Shown: positions 9,045 through 15,931, numbered from the stretch's first letter. The stretch is DNA of 32,000 bases from Cereibacter sphaeroides 2.4.1 (GCF_000012905.2 NC_007493.2:3030001-3062000); one strand, 5' to 3'. Numbers and translations: made by a program. The notes: generated by a model from the sequence alone, not told the origin.

Positions 9045-9070
9045 AACTCCCGACCGCCCGTGCCAGTTCC
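9045..9070 (-). promoter_or_regulatory. Near-consensus EcfG-type promoter upstream of the csbD-like gene (GGAAC-N17-AGTT)
   Basis: The minus strand reads GGAAC (9070..9066), then 17 nt, then AGTT (9048..9045). This lies in the 105-nt gap between the kinase stop and the csbD-like start. The alphaproteobacterial EcfG consensus is GGAAC-N16-17-cGTT, and CsbD genes are typical EcfG regulon members. Confidence 0.45.
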
Positions 9071-9106
9071 GCATCCCGGATCACGAAGACGCGCGGACCC
9101 GTGAGG

Positions 9107-10888
9107 TCACGGGGCCTCGGCGGGGGCCGCCTCGGCAGCGCTCTCGTTGCGCGCCTCGGCATCGGCAAGGGGGCGGATCTCGAACCGGACGCTGAGGCTG
9201 TGGCTCGTCTCGGTCTTGTCGATCCTGACCTCGCCGCCGATCTGCTGCGCGAAGCCCGCCAGAAGCTGCGCGCCGAGCCCGGTGCCCATCGCCGTCGTCT
9301 CGGCCGAGGGCGGCTCGGTGCCGAGGCTGTTGGTGACGTCGAGCACCGCCATCGACGACTCCTCGCGCCGGAGCGACACGTCGAGCCGCGGCGTCTCGCC
9401 CGCGGGCGCGCCGGCATATTTCATCACGTTGGTCAGGGCTTCGGTCAGCAGCAGCGCCAGCGGCACCGCCTGATCGGGGGTGAGGCGCACGTCGCCGAAG
9501 GAGGTATGGACGGCGATCCGGCGACCGGGACCCGTCGCCAGATTGACCACCTGCCGCACGATGTCGGACAGGAGCTCGTCGGCGCGGATGTCGGTGAGGC
9601 CGGTCGTCTGGTAGAGCCCGCGGTGGATCGTGGCGAGGCTCATCACCCGGTCCTGCAGCCCCTTCATCAGCCCCTTGGCCTCGGGCGTGCGGGCCTGACG
9701 CATCTGCATGTTCATGATCGAGGCGATGAGCTGGAGGTTGTTCTTCACGCGGTGATGGACCTCGCGCAGCAGAACCTCCTTCTGGTGCACCATGTCCTCG
9801 AGTTCGGCCTCGTCATGCAGGATCGTGTCGGTCATCCGGGCGAAGGCCTCGGCCAGTTCCCGGATCTCCTGCGGCGCATCGGCGAAGTCCAGCGGATCGA
9901 CGACCCGGCTGCCCTTCGCGAATTCGAGGATCGCCTTGCGGAGGCGTCGGATCGGCTGGGTCATCATCCGCTCGGCCGCGAGCCATGTGACGAGGAGGCA
10001 GGCGAGCCACATGAGCGAGGGCAGCGCGAACGACGGCAGCGCCCGAACCCAGAGCCCGGCTTCGCCGCCCGCAGGCCAGGAGCCAAGGGCATAGAGGCGG
10101 CCGGCGATGATCGGCACGACCGAGAAGACCCGCTCGGCGCCCGACTCGGTGGCCGCGGTGAAGGCGAGGGTTCGCGCCTCGCCGGTGAGGGCGGCGAGGG
10201 CGCGGTCGCGCGGCAGTAGGCGCGCGCCCGTCTCGAAGCCGACCGAGGAGGTCAGGATCTCGCCGGCGCCGTTGAAGGTCATGAGAACCGGCGGCACCTG
10301 CCCCTGGGATGCGGCACTGTCGCGGCCCAGAAGCGCACTGTGCGCAAGCGAGATCGCCAGCACGCCGAGCTGACGCCCGCTCGAGTCGGTGACCGGGTTC
10401 GTGGCGACGACGACCGACTTTCCCGATAGCTGCCCTTTCGGGTTGATCTGGAGCAGCGGCTCGCCCGCCTTCAGGGCCGCCGCGGTCAGGTCGGACCCGG
10501 AAAAATCGATCACACGCCCGATGGAAGAGCAGGTCATCTGCCCGTCGTTGTCGATGAAACCGATGGCGGCGTAGCCCTGCGATGCGTTCTTCACGTCACG
10601 AAGCGCGGTTTCGCAGGCATCCCCCGTCGCGAGCAGCGGACGCACGACTTCGGCCAGAGCCGCGGCTGCGCCCTGGGCTTTCTGGATCAGCCGAACCTCG
10701 TGTTCGGCTGCCCGCATGGTCTCGCCGGTGAGGGCCGCCTCCGACCGCGCCTCGGCCTCTCTCAGCACCGCATGAGACTGCAGCACCGAGATCGCGCCCA
10801 GAGGCAGCAGGGCGACGGCGAGCAGGAAGGCCATCCGCGACCCGATCCTGTCCCCGTAGCGCCGCCGCAGCCCGGGGAAAAAGGTCAT
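9107..10888 (-). CDS. Membrane sensor histidine kinase, HisKA_2/HWE class, with periplasmic sensor domain and HAMP (GSR-associated, PhyK-like)
   Basis: 593 aa. It has two TM segments flanking a periplasmic domain of about 250 aa, a HAMP-like linker, an H-box EVHHRVKNNLQLIASI (HisKA_2 type) and a C-terminal ATPase domain. Its ATG overlaps the ecfG stop (ATGA at 10885-10888). Confidence 0.88.
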   Translation of the reverse strand: MTFFPGLRRRYGDRIGSRMAFLLAVALLPLGAISVLQSHAVLREAEARSEAALTGETMRAAEHEVRLIQKAQGAAAALAEVVRPLLATGDACETALRDVKNASQGYAAIGFIDNDGQMTCSSIGRVIDFSGSDLTAAALKAGEPLLQINPKGQLSGKSVVVATNPVTDSSGRQLGVLAISLAHSALLGRDSAASQGQVPPVLMTFNGAGEILTSSVGFETGARLLPRDRALAALTGEARTLAFTAATESGAERVFSVVPIIAGRLYALGSWPAGGEAGLWVRALPSFALPSLMWLACLLVTWLAAERMMTQPIRRLRKAILEFAKGSRVVDPLDFADAPQEIRELAEAFARMTDTILHDEAELEDMVHQKEVLLREVHHRVKNNLQLIASIMNMQMRQARTPEAKGLMKGLQDRVMSLATIHRGLYQTTGLTDIRADELLSDIVRQVVNLATGPGRRIAVHTSFGDVRLTPDQAVPLALLLTEALTNVMKYAGAPAGETPRLDVSLRREESSMAVLDVTNSLGTEPPSAETTAMGTGLGAQLLAGFAQQIGGEVRIDKTETSHSLSVRFEIRPLADAEARNESAAEAAPAEAP

Positions 10889-11469
10889 GCAGCCGTCATC
10901 CCCGACCGGGACATGACCGCGAGCGTCTGTCCGTCCACACCCGAGAAGATCTCCTCGCCCTTTTCGAGGCCGAGCAGCTCGGCGAGCCGTGCGCGGGCGC
11001 GGTTGGCGCGGCTCTTCACCGTGCCGACGGCGACGCCCATCATCTGCGCCGCATCCTCATAGGCGAAGCCCGATGCGCCGACGAGGATCAGCACCTCGCG
11101 ATGCTCCGGCGAAAGCTGGTCGAAGGCCGCGCTGAAGTCCGAAAAGGCCAGATGCCCGTCATGGGCCGGCTTGACGAAGAGCGAGGCCGCATGGACCCCC
11201 TCGGGATCGGGCACTTCGCGCCGGTGCTTGCGCTTGTCCGAGTAGAAGGTGTTCCGCAGGATGGTGAAGAGCCAGGCCCGCAGGTTGGTGCCTTCGGTGA
11301 ACTTGTCGAAGTTCGTCCAGGCCTTCACGATCGTGTCCTGCACGAGGTCGTCGGCGACGGCCACGTTGCGGGTGAGGCTGATGGCGAAGGCGCGCAGCGC
11401 CGGGAGGTGCTCGGGAAGCTCGTCGCGGGGATCGCGATGCTTCGCCGGAGCTTTCGGGGTCTGCGTCAT
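10885..11469 (-). CDS. ecfG: ECF sigma factor, EcfG (general stress response) type
   Basis: This is the in-frame part of ORF 10885..11730, starting at MTQTPKAP (ATG 11469). That start overlaps the nepR stop (ATGA). The 194-aa product has sigma-70 region 2 (DDLVQDTIVKAW...NLRAWLFTILRN) and region 4 (FAYEDAAQMMGVAVGTVKSRANRAR). Confidence 0.9.
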   Translation of the reverse strand: MTQTPKAPAKHRDPRDELPEHLPALRAFAISLTRNVAVADDLVQDTIVKAWTNFDKFTEGTNLRAWLFTILRNTFYSDKRKHRREVPDPEGVHAASLFVKPAHDGHLAFSDFSAAFDQLSPEHREVLILVGASGFAYEDAAQMMGVAVGTVKSRANRARARLAELLGLEKGEEIFSGVDGQTLAVMSRSGMTAA

Positions 11470-11672
11470 TTTCCGGTTCCCTTCTGCCGCAGCTGATCGA
11501 GCAACATGGCGAAGCGATCGGGGACTTCCTGCACAAGGGCCTCCTCGTAGACGCGTCTCAGGTTCTCGTCGATCTGCTGCTGCAGCTCCTTCCGGCTCTT
11601 GCCCTTGGTGTTGTCTCCTCCCTTGGCCGTCGCCTCTTGCGGCGATGCCTTGGGTTCTGTCGATTGCGCCAT
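11466..11672 (-). CDS. nepR: Anti-sigma factor NepR (68 aa)
   Basis: This is the C-terminal part of ORF 11466..12278, starting at MAQSTEPK (ATG 11672). It contains the NepR core I..NLRRVY.......VPDRF..LLDQL. It sits immediately upstream of ecfG and divergent from phyR. Confidence 0.85.
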   Translation of the reverse strand: MAQSTEPKASPQEATAKGGDNTKGKSRKELQQQIDENLRRVYEEALVQEVPDRFAMLLDQLRQKGTGK

Positions 11673-11712
11673 GGAAACTGCCACGCCCCTCACAAAAGTT
11701 GATAAGATCCCC

Positions 11713-11744
11713 GGAACCGAACGCGGGCACCGGCGTTCGGTTCC
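11713..11744. promoter_or_regulatory. Palindromic, fully overlapping pair of consensus EcfG promoters for phyR (+) and nepR-ecfG-kinase (-)
   Basis: Plus strand: GGAAC (11713-11717), 16 nt, CGTT (11734-11737). Minus strand: GGAAC (11744..11740), 16 nt, CGTT (11723..11720). The 32-nt element is GGAACCGAACG-N10-CGTTCGGTTCC, so one dyad supplies the -35 and -10 elements for both directions. Confidence 0.75.
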
Positions 11745-11774
11745 CAAGAATGTTGCAGCCAGGGGACCTTGTAT

Positions 11775-12584
11775 ATGACCTCCGACACGACGCCCGACCT
11801 CGCCAGTGTGATCGGGACCAACCTGCCGTATCTGCGCCGCTATGCGCGTGCGCTGACCGGCAGTCAGGAGACGGGCGATCGATACGCCGCCGCGACCCTC
11901 GAGGCCATTCTGGAGGATACGCACATCTTCGAGGCGACCGAAAGCCCGAAGGTCGCGCGGTTTCATGCGTTCCATCTCGTCTGGGCCAGTGCCGGGGCGC
12001 CGCTGGGCGAGCCTGACAGCCGGCTCTCGCAGCGGGCGCAGGACCACATGTCGCGCCTGACGCCGAACACCCGCGAGGCGCTGCTGCTTCATGCGATCGA
12101 GGGGTTCCACCACGAGGAGATCGGCGCGATCATGCAGATCGACGCGGCCGAGGCCGCCGAGCTGATCGAGATCGCGCAGCGCGAGATGGCGAACTCCGTC
12201 GCGGGCCGCATCATGGTCATCGAGGACGAGGCGATCATCGCGATGGATATCGTGGCGATCGTGCGGGAGATGGGTCACGGCGTCACCGGCATCGCCCGCA
12301 CCCGGACGGAAGCCGTGGCGCTGGCCGCCAAGGAGCGCCCGGACCTGATCCTGGCCGACATCCAGCTTGCGGACAATTCCTCGGGCATCGACGCGGTGAA
12401 CGACATCCGCAAGCAGTTCGAGGATATTCCGGTCATCTTCGTCACCGCCTTCCCCGAGCGACTGCTGACGGGCAAGCGCCCGGAGCCGGCCTTCCTCATC
12501 ACCAAGCCCTACTCCGAGGATCAGGTCCGCTCGGCCGTCAGCCAGGCCATGTTCTTCTCCTCGACCGAAACGCTCAGCGCCTGA
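11775..12584 (+). CDS. phyR: Anti-anti-sigma response regulator PhyR (sigma-like N-domain plus receiver)
   Basis: ORF 11769..12584. ATG 11775 is preferred because AGGGGA lies 8 nt upstream. It has an N-terminal ECF-sigma-like domain (LPYLRRYARALTG...) and a C-terminal receiver (RIMVIEDEAII...PDLILADIQL...ITKPY). Confidence 0.92.
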   Translation: MTSDTTPDLASVIGTNLPYLRRYARALTGSQETGDRYAAATLEAILEDTHIFEATESPKVARFHAFHLVWASAGAPLGEPDSRLSQRAQDHMSRLTPNTREALLLHAIEGFHHEEIGAIMQIDAAEAAELIEIAQREMANSVAGRIMVIEDEAIIAMDIVAIVREMGHGVTGIARTRTEAVALAAKERPDLILADIQLADNSSGIDAVNDIRKQFEDIPVIFVTAFPERLLTGKRPEPAFLITKPYSEDQVRSAVSQAMFFSSTETLSA

Positions 12585-12597
12585 CGGTCATGGGCGT

Positions 12598-12957
12598 TCA
12601 GTCCGCCTTCTGGTCGCGCCGCTCTTCGGCGGCCCGTTCCAGAAGGGCGAGGACGGCATCGCTCGTGAAGGGGCGCGACAGGATCCACCAGTCGGCGCCC
12701 TCTCCCGCCTCCTCGGCCTCTTCGCCGAGAAGGACCAGACGGGTGCCCTCGTGCAGAAGTTCCCTGATGGCGGGATGTGCCAGCGCCTTCTCCGGGGAAA
12801 GCCCCACGAAGGCCACGCGCGGGTGGCAGGTCGGGCCCAGATCCTCGGGTCTGCGTCCGACGATAACCTCTGCCTCCGGATCGTGGTCGAGGATCGTCTG
12901 CGCAAGATCCTGCGCCACGACCACATGTTTCAGAACGACGAAATAGCAGGAGCGCAC
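12598..12957 (-). CDS. Small receiver-like (pseudo-receiver) protein lacking the phospho-acceptor Asp. The start is uncertain.
   Basis: ORF 12598..13059. The full-length start would leave only about 11 bp to the divergent Fnr-like gene, so GTG 12957 is used tentatively. The pattern HVVVAQD...EVIVG...RVAFVGLSPE...TRLVLLGEE...WWILSRPF...LALLERA resembles a CheY fold. It has G-L where the acceptor D normally sits and R in place of the conserved K. Third-position GC is high in this frame. Confidence 0.5.
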   Translation of the reverse strand: MRSCYFVVLKHVVVAQDLAQTILDHDPEAEVIVGRRPEDLGPTCHPRVAFVGLSPEKALAHPAIRELLHEGTRLVLLGEEAEEAGEGADWWILSRPFTSDAVLALLERAAEERRDQKAD

Positions 12958-13031
12958 CTTGTCCCGGCCTCGAGCAAATGGATTTGCGCCTTCTATGCGC
13001 CCAATCTTCCGCCCCCGCATTAAACTGTGAC

Positions 13032-13781
13032 ATGTTCGTGCCCGCTCCTGATGCCACAATCACCAATTGCAGGAACTGTCCGCTCCGGCGGAAACCGCTG
13101 TTCCTTCCCTTCTCCGACAGCGAGCTCTCCTTCATGGAGCAGTTCAAGGTGGGCGAGCTGGTCGTCGCGCCCGGCGTGACCCTCCTTGAGGAGGGACAGG
13201 GCAGCGCGCATCTCTTCACCGTCCTGAGCGGGCTCGGCATCCGCTCGACCATGCTCGAGAACGGCCGGCGTCAGGTCATCAACTTCCTCTTCCCGGGCGA
13301 TTTCATCGGGCTGCAGGCCGGTCTGGCGGGAGAGATGCGCCATTCGGTGGAAAGCACGACCACCATGGTGCTCTGTGTCTTCAATCGCGCGGATCTGTGG
13401 GATCTGTTCCGGGAAGAGCCGGAGCGTGCCTACGACCTCACCTGGATCGCAGCGGTCGAGGAGCATTTCCTGGGCGAGACCATCGCCTCGCTCGGCCAGC
13501 GGGACGCGACCGAGCGGCTGGCCTGGGCGCTGCTGCGCATCCATGAGCGGCTGTCGGCCATCGGCCTCGCCGAGCGGGGCCGGGTGCCGATGCCCTGGCG
13601 GCAGCAGGATCTGGCGGATGCGCTGGGACTGTCGCTCGTTCACACCAACAAGACGATCCGCCGCCTGCGCGAGACGGGCCACGCGCTGTGGGAGGGGGGC
13701 ACCCTGTTCGTCGACCGGGAGCGGCTCGCCACGCTGGCACTGGCCGATCCCGACCGTCCGCGCCGCAGGCCCCTCATCTGA
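13032..13781 (+). CDS. Crp/Fnr-family transcriptional regulator (Fnr-like N-terminus C-x2-C-P-L-R, cNMP-binding-like fold, C-terminal HTH)
   Basis: ORF 12978..13781. ATG 13032 (MFVPAPDATITNCRNCPLRR) was chosen as the start. It has a beta-roll region (GELVVAPGVTLLEEGQGSAHLFTVLSG) and an HTH (QQDLADALGLSLVHTNKTIRRLRETG). Confidence 0.85.
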   Translation: MFVPAPDATITNCRNCPLRRKPLFLPFSDSELSFMEQFKVGELVVAPGVTLLEEGQGSAHLFTVLSGLGIRSTMLENGRRQVINFLFPGDFIGLQAGLAGEMRHSVESTTTMVLCVFNRADLWDLFREEPERAYDLTWIAAVEEHFLGETIASLGQRDATERLAWALLRIHERLSAIGLAERGRVPMPWRQQDLADALGLSLVHTNKTIRRLRETGHALWEGGTLFVDRERLATLALADPDRPRRRPLI

Positions 13782-13791
13782 CGGTCGACAG

Positions 13792-13816
13792 GGAACCGCG
13801 GCCGGATTTCCACGTT
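13792..13816 (+). promoter_or_regulatory. Consensus EcfG-type promoter (GGAAC-N16-CGTT) for the downstream secreted-protein gene
   Basis: GGAAC at 13792-13796, a 16-nt spacer, then CGTT at 13813-13816. It lies in the 97-nt gap after the Fnr-like stop, about 60 nt upstream of ATG 13879. Confidence 0.65.
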
Positions 13817-13878
13817 CCATTCCCACAGGATGGGCGAGACCATCGCCCGCGTCCAACGATCAAGTTCGGAGAAAATCA

Positions 13879-14373
13879 ATGTACGGGAAGACCCTTGCGG
13901 CCGCCCTTCTGGGCGCGGCCATGACCCTGCCTGCGCTGGCTCTGGCCGATGCGCCGATGATCAAGTCGATCGACGTCGAGACCTCGCTGAACGACCTGAG
14001 CAACGCCGAGGCCGCGGCCTACTGGAAGTCGCTCGATACCGACCTCGAGACCGCCATTGCGGCGCAGCTCGTGGGCCGTCTCGGCGACGAAGGCATGGAC
14101 ATCAAGATCGACATGAACGAGGTGGCGCTGGCCAACTTCTTCCAGTCGGCCGTGGGCTCCGCCGAGAGCACCATGTCGGGCACGGTCAACGTGATCGACC
14201 TGAACAACAACACGAACTTCAACACGTTCGATCTCACGGTCACGATGGCCCAGGCCCTGCCGATGATGCCGCCGGGCACCGACATCACCGTGATCCCGCC
14301 GACCAGCGACGAAGTCTATGCCGGCATGGTTGCGACCTTCGCCGCCGCGGTGGTCGAGCGCATCGACGGCTGA
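13879..14373 (+). CDS. Secreted/periplasmic acidic protein of unknown function (164 aa, Sec signal peptide)
   Basis: This is the in-frame part of ORF 13375..14373, starting at MYGKTLAAALLGAAMTLPALALA|DA (ATG 13879, GGAG 7 nt upstream). It has a clear signal peptide with an ALA-D cleavage site. I recognise no family. Confidence 0.8.
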   Translation: MYGKTLAAALLGAAMTLPALALADAPMIKSIDVETSLNDLSNAEAAAYWKSLDTDLETAIAAQLVGRLGDEGMDIKIDMNEVALANFFQSAVGSAESTMSGTVNVIDLNNNTNFNTFDLTVTMAQALPMMPPGTDITVIPPTSDEVYAGMVATFAAAVVERIDG

Positions 14374-14421
14374 TGCCGGGCACCTCGACCTGCCCTTCGG
14401 GGCGGGTCACGCACGACCCAG

Positions 14422-14452
14422 GGCGGCGCCTCCGGCGCCGCCGTTCGTTTTT
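14422..14452 (+). terminator. Rho-independent terminator of the secreted-protein gene
   Basis: GGCGGCGCC-TCC-GGCGCCGCC forms a perfect 9-bp GC stem at 14422-14442. It is followed by GTTCGTTTTT at 14443-14452. Confidence 0.85.
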
Positions 14453-14507
14453 GATGGTGGGCGTTGAGCGAGGCATGCCGACAACCCGCTACGCCGTATA
14501 GGCTTCT

Positions 14508-14620
14508 GGTTCGGAAACGAGACGCGCCGCCAGCAGGGGAGGGAAAACCCTGGTGGCGGCGCTCGGCCCGCGGCAGTTCAGGGCAAGGCGTCGGGGAAAA
14601 GCGCCAGCCACGGGATTGTG
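14508..14620 (-). ncRNA. Candidate small RNA or 3'-UTR element with two stem-loops exposing UUUUCCC(C/U)C loops
   Basis: The minus strand carries GGAAC (14650..14646), 16 nt, then TGTT (14629..14626). Hairpin 1 follows at 14609..14582 (GGCUGGCG-CUUUUCCCCGA-CGCCUUGCC). Hairpin 2 follows at 14561..14525 (CGCCGCCACCAGGG-UUUUCCCUC-CCCUGCUGGCGGCG), then CGUCUCGUUUCC. There is no credible ORF. Extent and strand are inferred only. Confidence 0.25.
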
Positions 14621-14674
14621 GGATGAACACCCCCCAAAAGAGGAAGTTCCACCTTTCGGAAAAAATCCTGTGCC

Positions 14675-15931
14675 TCAGTGCGCGACGAGGAGACTGCGGG
14701 ACGCGGCGCGCAGGCCGCGCGTGACGCTGGCCGTCGGCGGCACGAGCGGAATGAGGCAGGCCTGCACCGCGTGATAGAGGTCGGGCTTGCCGCGGAACAC
14801 CCGCTCGACCGGGCGCAGGTCGCCGTCGAGCTCGGCAAACCAGCCGCCGTGGGTGCGATCGAGAAAATGATCGGCGACGAAGTCCCATATCCGGCGATAC
14901 CAGCCCTCGAAGCGTGCATCTCCGCCGGAATGTCGCAGGACATGTGCCGCGCCGATTCCTTCGGCGCAGGGCCACCAGAAGCGATCCTCGCGGTCGGGCC
15001 GGTCGCTCCAGTGCAGTGTGTAATAGAAGCCGCCTGCGCGGCGATCCCAGCCGATCTCGACGGTGCGGAGGAACAGCGCCTCCGCCGCTTCGCGCAGCCA
15101 GCTCTCGCGCTGCCCGCCCAGATGCCACAGCTGCACGAGAAGCCGGCTCCATTCCAGCGCATGGCCCGGCGTCGTTCCGGCCGGGCGAAACATGGGATCG
15201 CCTGCATAGTCGCGGTCCACCCGCCAGTCTGCGTCGTAATGTTCGGGCACCCGCCAGTGCTCGGCGCGGGCGTGCCGGTCGATCAGTAGCCGCGCGATCC
15301 GTTCGGCCATCTCCAGCCACTCCGCATCGCCCGTGGCCTCGAAGGCCGCCATCAGCGCCTCGGTCAGGTGCATGTTGGAATTCTGGCCCCGGTAGGGGCC
15401 CAGCGGATGCCAGTCCTCGGTGAACTCCTCGCGCGAGGCGCCGGCCGCCGCATCCCAGAACCGGTGCCGGATCACCTCGCCCACATCGGCCAGAAGCCGG
15501 TCGGCGTCCGGATGCCCTGCGACCCGGGCCGAAGCCGCCGCCAGGAGCACGAAGGCATGGCCGTAAGCCTGCTTCGAGGCGTTCACCGGCCCGTCGGGAT
15601 CGAAGCTCCAGACATAGCCGCCATGCCGGGGATCGCGGTGGCGGGACCAGAGCGTCTGCATCCCGTGGTCGATCATCCGGTCCGCGCCGGGCAGCCCCAG
15701 CTCGCGCGCGAGCGTGTAGCAATGGACCATGCGCGTCGTGTCGTGGATCTGACGCAGCCTGCCCGCCGCGCCGCCCAGCGGCTGGCCGCGCAGGTCGAGC
15801 GGATGAAAGCCGCCGGCCGGATCGAGGGCGGGTCGAAAGAGGTCGAACAGCCCCCGCGCCTGATCCAGAAGCCACAGCCGGTGCGCCGGCCGCTCCACCC
15901 AGTCCGGTCCCTCGGTCCCGCTCCAGCCCAT
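14675..15931 (-). CDS. AGE-superfamily (N-acylglucosamine 2-epimerase / sugar isomerase-like) protein, distal gene of the cbb cluster
   Basis: ORF 14675..15982. ATG 15931 (MGWSGTEGPDW) is preferred because GGGAGG lies 5 nt upstream. The alternative is GTG 15982, which overlaps the cbbZ stop. The (alpha/alpha)6-barrel-type repeats with conserved H/W/E residues (GGF..LD..G, QNSNMHLTEA, GHALEWSRLL, FWWPCAEG, DLYHAVQA) are typical of the AGE family. Confidence 0.8.
   Translation of the reverse strand: MGWSGTEGPDWVERPAHRLWLLDQARGLFDLFRPALDPAGGFHPLDLRGQPLGGAAGRLRQIHDTTRMVHCYTLARELGLPGADRMIDHGMQTLWSRHRDPRHGGYVWSFDPDGPVNASKQAYGHAFVLLAAASARVAGHPDADRLLADVGEVIRHRFWDAAAGASREEFTEDWHPLGPYRGQNSNMHLTEALMAAFEATGDAEWLEMAERIARLLIDRHARAEHWRVPEHYDADWRVDRDYAGDPMFRPAGTTPGHALEWSRLLVQLWHLGGQRESWLREAAEALFLRTVEIGWDRRAGGFYYTLHWSDRPDREDRFWWPCAEGIGAAHVLRHSGGDARFEGWYRRIWDFVADHFLDRTHGGWFAELDGDLRPVERVFRGKPDLYHAVQACLIPLVPPTASVTRGLRAASRSLLVAH

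Noticed and set aside
8600-10219. 539-aa plus-strand ORF
   Set aside because: It is antisense to the csbD-like gene and the HisKA_2 kinase, has no domain signatures and has a skewed composition.
11470-11730. 5' extension of the ecfG ORF (track start 11730), and the long 270-aa ORF 11466..12278
   Set aside because: The ecfG extension runs in another frame through nepR and the promoter palindrome. The sigma-factor homology begins at MTQTPK (11469). The 270-aa ORF is credible only in its last 68 codons (NepR). Its upstream part is antisense to phyR.
14553-14774. 73-aa plus-strand ORF starting after a GGGGAGGG SD-like sequence in the 14374-14674 gap
   Set aside because: The SD-like sequence is the loop of the hairpin discussed as an sRNA or 3' UTR on the other strand. 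The ORF is Arg-rich and runs antisense into the AGE-family gene.
14316-15875. 519-aa and 209-aa minus-strand ORFs and several plus-strand ORFs overlapping the AGE-family gene
   Set aside because: They are alternate frames of the same DNA. Only frame 14675..15982 gives an AGE-like sequence with balanced composition, and the others are Arg/Pro/Gly-rich.
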